Source of the DNA: Candidatus Hecatella orcuttiae
Lineage (GTDB): Archaea > Thermoproteota > Bathyarchaeia > Hecatellales > Hecatellaceae
DNA length: 64,000 bases
Assembly (NCBI GenBank): GCA_002011035.2
Contig: MTLY02000003.1
Coordinates: forward strand, 96,001-160,000
Direction: 5' to 3'
In this document: one piece after another, positions 46,791 through 56,189 of the stretch
Position numbering within the stretch: the first letter of the stretch is position 1
Layout of the letters: every line of letters starts with the position of its first letter
Notes under the pieces: model-generated
Told to the model about the DNA's origin: nothing
Seen by the model: the letters and a program-made list of their open reading frames with translations, nothing else
The model's database searches: none
Program-made: the position numbers and the translations under genes

Positions 46791-47081
46791 TCAAAACAGT
46801 TCTTTTTCTCGAAGTCTTTGCTGGAGCTTTCCCCTCACCTTGATCCCTTGCACAACTTCTTCAGGCTGAGTTTCAAAGCGAGAAGTGGTCCTTTTAAAAG
46901 TTAATCCGCAGAACCCGTTGGACAGAAGTTTGTTTCTAACACAGAGGGCGTATTTGCAGCTGGCTCCTTCACAGAGGTCGTCTGCAAATCTGCAGTAGAC
47001 GTTGCCAGACCTGTACTGGATCGCTTTTTGGCCGCATTTGAACAGATCGCAGGTGGGGGAGCATTTTTTAGCTTCATTCAA
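46791..47081 (-). CDS. Cys-rich hypothetical protein
   Basis: Eight Cys: CSPTC..FKC...YC...LCEGASCKYALC...GFC. Confidence 0.75.
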   Translation of the reverse strand: MNEAKKCSPTCDLFKCGQKAIQYRSGNVYCRFADDLCEGASCKYALCVRNKLLSNGFCGLTFKRTTSRFETQPEEVVQGIKVRGKLQQRLREKELF

Positions 47082-47346
47082 ACCTAAAAACCTCCAACTG
47101 AAAACTCGGAAAGAACAATCGAAGCCTTCAGAGATCTGCTGAAAAATAGTTGGAAATCTTGATATTTTAACATTTTGGTCTTTCCCGGTTGAGGACGCCT
47201 CTTGGTTTGAAAGGAAGTTTTTAAACGGATGAAATAGTAGCTGGGAATGTCAGACTTTTAAAGACTTTTAATGATCGAGGATTTTGCAGAGCTACGGAAA
47301 ACTTATAAAGACTTTGGAAGAATCAGCCTAAACGTAAAAGCTTACT

Positions 47347-49815
47347 TTGGGATTGGCGTTGCTGCGCACTATGCGGATGGCGAGGATCGAGGTAGTAGCA
47401 CCAGCGGATAAAACCGATTTCATAATTCGAGATGTAGGAAGACTCGGCATCGCCCATTTCATCAACATCACCCAAACTAAAAAGAGAAAATACGAGGAGT
47501 TAACTGAAGAATTCAGGCATACTTCTAGGGAAGACCTTCTGCTGCAGCTTTCAAACCGTATACATAACACCATGAAAAAGCTTACCAGCGCACCTTACCC
47601 CAAGCCTCTCCCAGTCGGAAAGGACGTAGACGAGGTTTTAAAGAAGATAGAAGGCGAAATAGCCTGTCTCGAGCTGGAATGGGCTAAAATCGACAACCTT
47701 ATGAAAGAAGTGACGGAGGAGAAAGCTTCCCTAGAAAAGGATCTAACCCAGTTCTACGAGGAGCTGGAGGCCGTTAAAAAACAGCTGGAAGAATTCGGTG
47801 TTAGCGTCCACCATCTCCAAGCATTGAAAAAGGAGAGTCTGGCTGACCGGGACAAGATAAGACGCCTGCATGAGCGGCTGTTGGAGGCTCAAAAAGCCTT
47901 AGCCCTGTTAGAGATGGCGGCAAAGCTGAGCGCACCTCATGAAAAACTTCCCAACGATGAAGCTGAACTTAAAAAGCTTAGAGAAGAGCTCCGGAAAGCT
48001 CTTGAACTCCACAGGCGGGTTGAAGAAAGCCTTCCCGCAGCCAAGGGAGAGATGGATAGAATCGAAGAGATCCTCCAAGGGACTAAGGAAGCTGTTGAAA
48101 AGAAAATCGAAGCAGTTGAAAAATTTAGGGAGGTTCAAGCTGAAGTAAGTCAACTTAAAAAGCTGGTAGAAGAGCTTGAGGCTTTAAACCCCGAAGCATT
48201 GGCGTTGACGGGAGAGGCTTTCACGCGGGTTCTCAGGGAGACAGTGGAGGTTCTTGATGTTCTCAAAGACATGCACCTAGGTTCCCTCGGCATTGAGGAT
48301 ACCATGCAGAAGGTGTCGAAAATCTCCTACGAAGTTCTGAAGAGCTACGAGGTTTTAGAGAACGCTGAAAAGTTTCTTTCTCTTCAAACTGTGAAAAACC
48401 TGATAGACCATGTTAAGGAAGCTGAATCCGCTGAGGTGGAGGGCCTGCTAGAGAAGGCTAGGGAACTGCTTGAAAGTACATCCATGAAGCATCTAGGAAT
48501 CTTGGAGAAAGCCTTGGAGATCCGTCACCTCGAACATCGAATTGATAGGCTTTCGCAGGAGCCGGCTAGGTTGTTAGAGCGGCTGGAAGAGGTGGCTAAA
48601 GGAGCCTCAGTCATTCATGCCTACAGGGAGATTGTGGACATTGAGCTGAGAATCGAGGAGCTTAAGCAGAATTTCAGGAGAACAGGGAAAACCGCTGTGT
48701 TCGAGGTTTGGGTTAAAAACGTGGACAGGGAAAAAGCCTTAGAAGCCATCAGAAGAAGCTGCCCTGAAGCCGTGGTCAACGTAACTGGAGAGGAGCTGGG
48801 AGACAAACCTCCCACCTTCATGAAAAACCCCCGGATAGCCGCTTGCTATGAGAAGCTTGTGGCAGCCTTCGGCCTTCCTAACTATCATGAAATCGATCCC
48901 ACGATTATCACGCTGTTCTCTTTCCCCATCATCTTCGGCTTGATGTTCGGGGACATGGGGCAGGGGCTAATTCTCATCGTCGGAGGTCTTCTCATAAAAA
49001 AGGTGTTCGACAGGTTCAAGCTTTCAGGGGACCTATGGGACCCCATCTATCAGGGGAGATTCCTCATAATCAGCTGCGGGATCACAGCCACCTTTTTCGG
49101 CTTCCTCTACGGCGAGTTCTTCGGTCCCACCACCGCCGGCCATGAATATGAGTGGTATACCATGCTCACCGGGTTGAAGGAAGGCCCTTGGTTCAGCCCC
49201 ATCGACCCCCACAAAGGAGGGCCTGTCATGCTGCTGAAGGTAGCCTTAGTGGTGGGCATGATTCACATATCCTTTGGAATAATCCTCGACATCATCAACA
49301 AGCTTTCCCGGAGGGAGTTTAGAAAGAGTCTCGCTCCAGTTTCATGGCTTTGGTTCTACCTCAGCCTCAGCTACCTGATGCTGTCGGTGTTGTTCTTCGG
49401 CCAGAGGATTGAAAACATTCTGCTTGATCTTCAGAATATTGTTCCCTTCTTCGTCGTGCCTTTCATAGGAATGTTCGTTCTTCACAGGTTCTCGGAAAGC
49501 GCCATGGACGCCTTCTCCGAAATGGTGAGCAAAGCCATCGAGTCCATTTCTAACACCTTTTCCTACGGCCGAATTCTAGCCTTAGGCATCGCCCACGCGG
49601 TGTTCAGCGAAATCGCCCTCATAGGCTCTGGGGCGATGTTCTGGCCTGTGTTCATCATGGTCACAATCTTCATGATAATAGCCTTGGAGGGGATCATAAC
49701 CTTCGCCCACACCCTGAGGCTTCACTGGGTAGAATGGTTCAGCAAATACTACAAGGGGGATGGAGTGCCTTTTGAAGGATTCATCATCCAAAGAAGATTC
49801 ACAGCGCCGGCATAG
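47347..49815 (+). CDS. atpI: A/V-type ATPase subunit I (a), elongated
   Basis: PPTFMKN, EIDPT, FGLMFGDMGQG, essential Arg in SYGRILAL, LRLHWVEWFSKYY. Confidence 0.93.
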   Translation: MGLALLRTMRMARIEVVAPADKTDFIIRDVGRLGIAHFINITQTKKRKYEELTEEFRHTSREDLLLQLSNRIHNTMKKLTSAPYPKPLPVGKDVDEVLKKIEGEIACLELEWAKIDNLMKEVTEEKASLEKDLTQFYEELEAVKKQLEEFGVSVHHLQALKKESLADRDKIRRLHERLLEAQKALALLEMAAKLSAPHEKLPNDEAELKKLREELRKALELHRRVEESLPAAKGEMDRIEEILQGTKEAVEKKIEAVEKFREVQAEVSQLKKLVEELEALNPEALALTGEAFTRVLRETVEVLDVLKDMHLGSLGIEDTMQKVSKISYEVLKSYEVLENAEKFLSLQTVKNLIDHVKEAESAEVEGLLEKARELLESTSMKHLGILEKALEIRHLEHRIDRLSQEPARLLERLEEVAKGASVIHAYREIVDIELRIEELKQNFRRTGKTAVFEVWVKNVDREKALEAIRRSCPEAVVNVTGEELGDKPPTFMKNPRIAACYEKLVAAFGLPNYHEIDPTIITLFSFPIIFGLMFGDMGQGLILIVGGLLIKKVFDRFKLSGDLWDPIYQGRFLIISCGITATFFGFLYGEFFGPTTAGHEYEWYTMLTGLKEGPWFSPIDPHKGGPVMLLKVALVVGMIHISFGIILDIINKLSRREFRKSLAPVSWLWFYLSLSYLMLSVLFFGQRIENILLDLQNIVPFFVVPFIGMFVLHRFSESAMDAFSEMVSKAIESISNTFSYGRILALGIAHAVFSEIALIGSGAMFWPVFIMVTIFMIIALEGIITFAHTLRLHWVEWFSKYYKGDGVPFEGFIIQRRFTAPA

Positions 49816-50071
49816 GTTTCTCAGCCTAAAGCCGGCTGAGCTCCGAGGTTACTCCATAAAGAGGGTTTTACTCTTCGGCCTCATCCCTCCTGCTTTCGTC
49901 CTCGCCGGGCTCTTTCTCGGCCTTTGGATTTTCACCGCTCTAGAGTTTTCCCTGTTTTACAAGCTGGTTTTCACCGTTGGCACCACTTTTGCAGGCTTCG
50001 CCTTGGGGACTTTCGTGATAGTTAAGCTTACGGATAAAATCGTCAAATTTGCCAGGGTTGGAAAAGAATGA
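49760..50071 (+). CDS. Small two-TM protein inside the ATPase cluster (start uncertain)
   Basis: Two hydrophobic helices; stop overlaps the atpC start (ATGA 50068-50071). Confidence 0.6.
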   Translation: MECLLKDSSSKEDSQRRHRFLSLKPAELRGYSIKRVLLFGLIPPAFVLAGLFLGLWIFTALEFSLFYKLVFTVGTTFAGFALGTFVIVKLTDKIVKFARVGKE

Positions 50072-51147
50072 AGTCAGTCTACCTATACGGAACTTTAAGC
50101 CCTAGGATTAGGGCGAGGAAGTCTTTTCTGCTGGTGAAGGGCGACTACGACGCCCTCTTGGGTGCTGAAAACGTGCAAGCTGTCCTGAGAAGGCTGGAGG
50201 GAACAGCCTACCGCCATCAAGTAGCTTCCCTTCTTCTAGAAGAATTCAATCTGAGCAAAGCTGAAGAAAGTCTCATGGAAGCCTATCGGAGGGAGATAGA
50301 CTTCATCGCCTCCCACCTGAAAACCCGGGAGGCTGCTGACTTCTTTTCTCAGCTCAGCCGCATACAGGAATTAAAATGTCTCGCAGACATTTTGAAGGCG
50401 ATCTTTCTGGAGCTGCCTTGGGATGAAGCCTCCAGCTACATTCACCCCTATGGAAGGCTGGGGGCCGCGCAGTGCAAAGCTTTGGTCGACGGGAAAAATC
50501 TTAAACAGGTTTTAAGCCTCATCTGGGAAAGGCCTTTGGCTTTGGAGGTTGAGAGGCTGGTCAAGGAGGTTGAGGATGTCTCAAGGCGGGGGCTGGAGGT
50601 GGAGATCACTGTAACAAGGTACGGGATGATGGAAGCTTGGAAGAAGTTGAACGAGGTGAAAGGGAAGGATAGATTCAGCCTTAAGCTTATGGGCTTCGTC
50701 TTGGACGCTGCGAACATCATGGCAGTGTTGAGGATGAAAAAACTAGGTTTCAAACCTGAAGAAATCGGGTGGAACCTCATTTCCGCGTATTACAGGATCT
50801 CTCGGGAGGGGTTGGAGAAGGCTTCAGCCGCCCCCACAGAGAAGGAAGCTGTAAAGGTTTTCGCATCCGGCTACTACGTAAACCAGCTTTCACCTCTCCT
50901 GAGCGCCTACGAGGTTAAAGGAGACCTGTCTATCTTTGAAACAGTCTTCAAACGTTTCCATGCCGGTGAATGTGAACGGGTTTTCATTTCACCTTTTTTC
51001 CACCTCGGAGAGGTTTTGGCTTATCTTTATCTGAAGCTTTATGAGGTTCAGGACCTCATCGCCATCCTCATCGCCAAACAGGAAGGGCTCCCCGCTGAGA
51101 AGACTAAGCCTCATCTCGTCCTCCACCAGCCGCCCTATCCGCTTTGA
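50068..51147 (+). CDS. atpC: A/V-type ATPase subunit C (d)
   Basis: YG...RIRARKS.LL, LEGTAY, NIMAVLR, LAYLYLKLYE. Confidence 0.88.
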   Translation: MKSVYLYGTLSPRIRARKSFLLVKGDYDALLGAENVQAVLRRLEGTAYRHQVASLLLEEFNLSKAEESLMEAYRREIDFIASHLKTREAADFFSQLSRIQELKCLADILKAIFLELPWDEASSYIHPYGRLGAAQCKALVDGKNLKQVLSLIWERPLALEVERLVKEVEDVSRRGLEVEITVTRYGMMEAWKKLNEVKGKDRFSLKLMGFVLDAANIMAVLRMKKLGFKPEEIGWNLISAYYRISREGLEKASAAPTEKEAVKVFASGYYVNQLSPLLSAYEVKGDLSIFETVFKRFHAGECERVFISPFFHLGEVLAYLYLKLYEVQDLIAILIAKQEGLPAEKTKPHLVLHQPPYPL

Positions 51148-51216
51148 TTCGGAGCCTCTCCTACCAAAAGAGTTTTAAATTCAATGAATTAATCTTGAAC
51201 ATCCCACATAGGGCAG

Positions 51217-51570
51217 GTGAAGCGGATGAGTTTCCACCTAAGAACAGCGCCGGTAACCGTTCTGCTGATAGCAATGGCGGCAGCCATGCTGGTAGCTTTT
51301 GCCTCCGCGCAAGAGACCCCCGAAGCGGTTGAAGCTGTGAAAACCATCGACTTAGGGCTGATGGCCATAGGCGCAGGCATAGCCATCGCCGTTCCCGGCC
51401 TTGGAGCGGCCCTAGGCTTATCGATGGCAGTATCCGCCATCGCAGCCGCAGGGGCAGAGAGGCCTGAGATCATCGGAAGGTTCTTCATCTTCGTAGTCTT
51501 CATCGAAGCTATAGCCATTTACGCTCTCATTGTAGCCATATTCATCATTTTGATGCTTCCAGCAGCTTGA
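51217..51570 (+). CDS. atpK: A/V-type ATPase subunit K (c) proteolipid with signal peptide
   Basis: GAGIAIAVPGLGAALG, ERPE, ion-binding Glu in FIEAIAIY. Confidence 0.93.
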   Translation: MKRMSFHLRTAPVTVLLIAMAAAMLVAFASAQETPEAVEAVKTIDLGLMAIGAGIAIAVPGLGAALGLSMAVSAIAAAGAERPEIIGRFFIFVVFIEAIAIYALIVAIFIILMLPAA

Positions 51571-51824
51571 AAAATTCCAACATAGTGTCGAAAGAAGACA
51601 GGCAGAACCCTTAGATATCTTTAGTTCCCTAGCTTAAAAAAGAGACGAGCGCCGAAGAACAATGTTGATGCTTTTTTATGTTTAAAAATAGTTTGCAGAA
51701 GATGTTTTATCGGAGACAACACTTGTTCTTGAACAGCTTAGCATAAGAAGCTGAAGTTGCAGATAAAGAGAATTTATTCAATTTTCACCATTCAGCTGGT
51801 GTTTGTCTTTCTGCTTTAACTATC

Positions 51825-52157
51825 TCACCTGATTAATTGGAGTGCTTTAGCTAGTTTATATCTTTGCCTTAACCTCATGATTTCGGCCTGAGCTTTTCTT
51901 TTGGCATGGAAAAGTTTTGGCTTAATGAGCGGCAGACGACGCCATCTCTCCAGTTTCGGAAGGTTTTTAGCCGATTCATATTCTGTTAAAAGCGACATGC
52001 TCTCGGATGAGATTGAAGCGTATTCAATAAATCTGGGGTATCTTTCTTTCACCCATGATAAGCCCATTCCGCTTAAGGGGCTTTTATATAGTTGTGCGCC
52101 GCGGATGATCTCTTCTCTTATCTGAAAGTCTGATTTCTCCCCCTCTTTCCGTGCCAA
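51825..52157 (-). CDS. Hypothetical basic protein in an AT-rich segment
   Basis: 110-aa ORF with TTG start; no motif recognised. Confidence 0.4.
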   Translation of the reverse strand: MARKEGEKSDFQIREEIIRGAQLYKSPLSGMGLSWVKERYPRFIEYASISSESMSLLTEYESAKNLPKLERWRRLPLIKPKLFHAKRKAQAEIMRLRQRYKLAKALQLIR

Positions 52158-52359
52158 ATTACTTCACTGTGAAGTACGTTGGATTAAATGAATTAATAAA
52201 TTTTACCTTGGCGAACGTTGAATTTGCTGCATTTACTCACAAAGCCTACTGGGGCAGCTGTTAAAAAAAACTTAATCTGAAAACTTCGCAAGAAAGTTGG
52301 GGGAATTTGGTGAAACTGGTGTAGGCTGGCAAAAATACTAGAAACTTGGCGAATATTTT

Positions 52360-53601
52360 CTATCTAAGAAAAATCATGAAGCTTGTCAGAAGGATTTTTG
52401 AGATAAACCTAAAACTCCAAGGTCGTTTTAAAGTCGAACTGCCCAACTTTAGAATCAAAGGGAAAAACAGTCTAGACTGGTAGTCTGTGTCCCCGTATCT
52501 TTCAATTTCCCTCCGAAGCTTTTCCTCTTCGGCTAAGAAACGGAAGATGCAGTCCAATTCTTGGTCTGAAAATTCATCCAGCATTCTGCGCATTTTGGAT
52601 GTAAAGTTCAGCTCTCTTCCGAAGGCTTTTTCACAGACTACCGCGTAGTGGTTCGACATCTGCAGCCAAGATAACCCTCCAGCGAGGATTTGAGCTGCTG
52701 CTTCCCCCGCAGCCTTTCCAGCTTTTAACCCAAAGTAAATACCCCCTCCTGAGGTGGATTTGTTATGGCCAGCGGCTCCCCCTGCCAGCATCAGGTTGCC
52801 TCGGCAGCACTCCTTAACCGGGCCGTGGAGGGGGATTTCTCCTCCTTGAACGTGTTTCACTTTCCCCCTCCGGGTTTTCTTGGAAAGAACCGGATGGCTT
52901 CGGAGCGCCTTTTCTAGGCAGCTTCGGGCAGGAGTCTTCCAGAGGTCTCCCCGCACACAGAGGCCTACCCGGGCTCGCCCTGTATCCAAAGGGACTATCC
53001 AGCCGAAGAAGCCGGGAAACATCCTCCTCCCAAAATAGAGTTCCACCGCATCTACTTCGTTGAAGTCCACTCCCTCCATCTCATACTGGATTCCCTTCAG
53101 GCGGGGAAGCTGGCAGGGAAGACCTACCCTCTCCGCTAAGAGGGGCGTGGAGCCCTCAGCGTCGACTACTACCCTAGCTTCAACATACCTGATGTGGTCA
53201 TGCTTGACCTTGAGAAGGCAGTTCGGTTTGCCTAAGCCTTCTAAACCGTAGGCTTTAGCCTCAAGCAATAGCTCTGCTCCTGCGTCTAAGGCTCTCTCAG
53301 CGAGTTTTCTGTCCAGTTTCTCCCTGTCGACGATGTGAAATTCGCCCCTGTCCTTGAAGAGGGAGAACTGCAGGTTGCTGGGAGAGTAGAAGAAGGCGCC
53401 CCTCACGGTGTTCAGCACGCAGTCCCGGGGGAGGTTAAACTCTTGAAAGGCTCTGGCTGTAATCTTGCCTGTGCAGTGGGCCGGCCGCCCTATTTGGGAG
53501 TGCTCCTCCAGCAGCAAGGTTTTCAAGCCTGCTTTAGCCGCTGTGTAGGCGGCTGTGGAGCCCGTGGGACCAGCGCCAACTACCACAACGTCGTAGGTCA
53601 A
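52360..53601 (-). CDS. Geranylgeranyl reductase family FAD oxidoreductase
   Basis: DVVVVGAGPTG, PAHC, FGWIVP, GGGIYFG. Confidence 0.9.
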   Translation of the reverse strand: MTYDVVVVGAGPTGSTAAYTAAKAGLKTLLLEEHSQIGRPAHCTGKITARAFQEFNLPRDCVLNTVRGAFFYSPSNLQFSLFKDRGEFHIVDREKLDRKLAERALDAGAELLLEAKAYGLEGLGKPNCLLKVKHDHIRYVEARVVVDAEGSTPLLAERVGLPCQLPRLKGIQYEMEGVDFNEVDAVELYFGRRMFPGFFGWIVPLDTGRARVGLCVRGDLWKTPARSCLEKALRSHPVLSKKTRRGKVKHVQGGEIPLHGPVKECCRGNLMLAGGAAGHNKSTSGGGIYFGLKAGKAAGEAAAQILAGGLSWLQMSNHYAVVCEKAFGRELNFTSKMRRMLDEFSDQELDCIFRFLAEEEKLRREIERYGDTDYQSRLFFPLILKLGSSTLKRPWSFRFISKILLTSFMIFLR

Positions 53602-53701
53602 CCCAGCTCCTTCCGGCTATTTTTCGAAGGCTCAAAACTATTTATGGGTAAACATAATTTTTAAAGGCTGAAGCTAGAGCCGACTGCGAGGGTCTCCGGT
53701 T

Positions 53702-54409
53702 TTGAAACTTCTGGTCAGCGTTGTTGACAAGGCGGAAGCCTTGGAGGCTGCGAAGGGTGGAGCCCACATCGTCGATGTGAAAAACCCTGAGGAGGGCGCC
53801 TTGGGAGCCAATTTTCCTTGGATAATCCGCCAAGTTAGGAAGTCGATCCTCAGCCAGGTTGAGGTAAGCGCAACCCTAGGAGACCTACCCTACCTGCCGG
53901 GAACAGCCTCCCTCGCCGCCTTGGGCGCAGCGGCTTCCGGAGCCAATTACGTGAAGGCAGGCCTCTACGGGGTTAAAACCGTGGAGGAAGCCGTCAAGCT
54001 TCTCACAGGGGTGAGAAAGGCCTTGGAAGGCTTGAAGCCCAAGGTTCAAACCATTGCAGCCGGCTACGCTGACTACGAGACTTGGGGCTGCTTGAGCCCT
54101 TGGAAGCTACCCCTCGCCGCCTACAAGGCGGAGGTAGACGGGCTGATGGTCGACGTGAAAAGAAAAAACCTCCAAAACCTCTTCGATCACGTTCACCTAG
54201 GAGAGTTAAAACTTTTCGTCCAGGAAGCCCACACCTACGGGTTAAAGGTTGCCTTAGCAGGGGGCCTAACCGCCGAAAACCTAGAAGCCCTCCGGGATAC
54301 AAGCGTGGACATCGTCGGCGTCCGTAGGTCCGTTCTTTCAGCCGCCGGAAGGGTGGACAGAGAAAAAGTGAGCCGGATGCTTGAAGCTACAAGTTTCCCA
54401 GAGCGCTGA
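53702..54409 (+). CDS. mfnB: (5-formylfuran-3-yl)methyl phosphate synthase
   Basis: KLLVSV, DVKNPEEGALGANFPW, SATLGD, YVKAGL, DIVGVR. Confidence 0.93.
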   Translation: MKLLVSVVDKAEALEAAKGGAHIVDVKNPEEGALGANFPWIIRQVRKSILSQVEVSATLGDLPYLPGTASLAALGAAASGANYVKAGLYGVKTVEEAVKLLTGVRKALEGLKPKVQTIAAGYADYETWGCLSPWKLPLAAYKAEVDGLMVDVKRKNLQNLFDHVHLGELKLFVQEAHTYGLKVALAGGLTAENLEALRDTSVDIVGVRRSVLSAAGRVDREKVSRMLEATSFPER

Positions 54410-54434
54410 TGCAAACCCCTCGTTCAGGGAAACT

Positions 54435-55106
54435 CTAATCCGGTACTATTTCCGAACAGAGAACCGAGCGGCCCTCCAAAATTCTCCGCATTCGCTCAGG
54501 CTTCCGACCGTTGACCACGAAGCAAGTCAGCTTCCCTTCAGCCAAAAGCCTCGGAAGCTCAGCGTCGACGCAACTCCACCTCCGCCGGACTTGAAGCTCG
54601 CCTACGGTGAGCTGAGGAATGAGCTTGCCGCCGCCTTTCTTCGGGTCTTGGGTGAAAATTCCGTCCACATCCTTGAGAAGGAGAAGTTTATCCGCCTTTA
54701 GGCGGAGGGCTAGGAAGGCGGCGATGGAGTCGGAGGTTACATCCCAAGAAGCCCTCAGAAGCCTAGAGGCCGCTGTAAACCGAGAGGGGAGAAAAATCGG
54801 AAGGCCGCATCTCCCAAGCAAGATTTCCACCTCCTCCAATCTGCTCACAGTATGAGAGGCGGGTATGAAGCTGTGAAGGAGAAGGCCGAACTGGTCCATG
54901 GCCAAGACAGCCATCCGGTGGGCTGTCTGAGGCGGAAGGCTGAATTTTCGGTCCAGCGCCCTCACAGCATCCGCTAGAGGGCCTCCCCCCGGGACGATGA
55001 GCAGTCGATGCCGATGGGACAGCCGGCTGAGGGTTTTGCAAAGCTTCTTCAAGGCCTGAGGATACTCAGTTAGGCTGCCTCCCACCTTCACCACGGCTTC
55101 CACCAT
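54435..55106 (-). CDS. mfnE: [5-(aminomethyl)furan-3-yl]methyl phosphate kinase (amino acid kinase fold)
   Basis: VVKVGGSL, PGGGPLAD, AHRMAVLAMDQ, SWDVTSDSIA, DVDG. Confidence 0.88.
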   Translation of the reverse strand: MVEAVVKVGGSLTEYPQALKKLCKTLSRLSHRHRLLIVPGGGPLADAVRALDRKFSLPPQTAHRMAVLAMDQFGLLLHSFIPASHTVSRLEEVEILLGRCGLPIFLPSRFTAASRLLRASWDVTSDSIAAFLALRLKADKLLLLKDVDGIFTQDPKKGGGKLIPQLTVGELQVRRRWSCVDAELPRLLAEGKLTCFVVNGRKPERMRRILEGRSVLCSEIVPD

Positions 55107-56189
55107 CTAAACTTCCCCTCCTCCTCCGCCGTAACGCTCCGCCGCCATCAACGCCGCTGCCCCTGCGGGAGCTGTCTTCGATATAGCAAGGCCTGTAAGC
55201 TCGTCAAGGTTGACAACTTGGCGAAAACCAGCCTTTAATGCCGCTTTCCGAGCTAAAAATTCAGCCCCTAGGCCTGCGGTCACCACGGGTATGCGGTTCT
55301 TATCCAAAGCAGGGAGGGCTGCGGCTTCAAAAACTTGGTTCAAGGCCTCTGCTATCTGGTTCACCTGTTCCCCTGCGACAAACTGGGCTATTTCCTCAAC
55401 CTCCGTCTCCCCCAGCATGCTCAAATCTGCGCAGACAACCCTCGCCAGCCTGGCTGAGGCTTCAGACTTGGTGACTCCTCTCCCATCGCTGGTTTCCACG
55501 GTGTACTCCTCCTCTTTCAGGTTGCCGAGGATTAGGTGGACGTCGCCGGTGGTGGCGAAGAGCTCCGAGGAAACCCTCACTCTCCCACCGCCCAGAGGAA
55601 TAGACTTGACCACCGCGGCGACGTTGGTCCTGAGGGCACCTGTGTAAACCAACTCCCCGCAGCCCAGCTTTTCCAAATCGGTTTTACCCCGCGCAGCAGT
55701 CTTGCTTGCGAGAACGGGGATGATGCTGGTGGTGGTGCTGCCCACGTCTACCACGAGGCCGTTGCTCAGGTAGCGGGCGACCAGCCATCCTGTGGCAGCC
55801 CAGTTGGCTGAAGCCACCCGGAGGGGGCTGAGCTTGGCTTCCTCAGGGGAGATCAGGCTTCCTTCCACGTCCACGATGCCTAAGGGTGAATCGCCGAAGG
55901 CTTCCCCCACGCAGGATATGATATAAGCTACGCCTTCTCCCTTGGTCTGAAAAACATCGGAGAGTTCCGCCGTCATGGTAACGCCTACGCCGTCCCAGCT
56001 GCCCGAGGGGGAACCTGCCATCCGTCTTCCCAGTCCCCTGAGAAGAGGGAGAAGACGGTCTTTGCCCTGCTTCCAAATGGGGAAATACTGGACATCTGTC
56101 CGGAGTTTTTTCTCTCCCCCCTCAACTTTTTGTAGGCAGGCTGCTTTAACGTTCGCTCCGCCTACGTCCAACCCCAAGGTTTTTATCAT
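55107..56189 (-). CDS. mfnF: MfnF, hydantoinase-A-like methanofuran biosynthesis protein
   Basis: GLDVGGAN, TMTAELSD, ASANW, DVGSTTT, LVYTGALRT, RLARVVCAD. Confidence 0.9.
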   Translation of the reverse strand: MIKTLGLDVGGANVKAACLQKVEGGEKKLRTDVQYFPIWKQGKDRLLPLLRGLGRRMAGSPSGSWDGVGVTMTAELSDVFQTKGEGVAYIISCVGEAFGDSPLGIVDVEGSLISPEEAKLSPLRVASANWAATGWLVARYLSNGLVVDVGSTTTSIIPVLASKTAARGKTDLEKLGCGELVYTGALRTNVAAVVKSIPLGGGRVRVSSELFATTGDVHLILGNLKEEEYTVETSDGRGVTKSEASARLARVVCADLSMLGETEVEEIAQFVAGEQVNQIAEALNQVFEAAALPALDKNRIPVVTAGLGAEFLARKAALKAGFRQVVNLDELTGLAISKTAPAGAAALMAAERYGGGGGEV

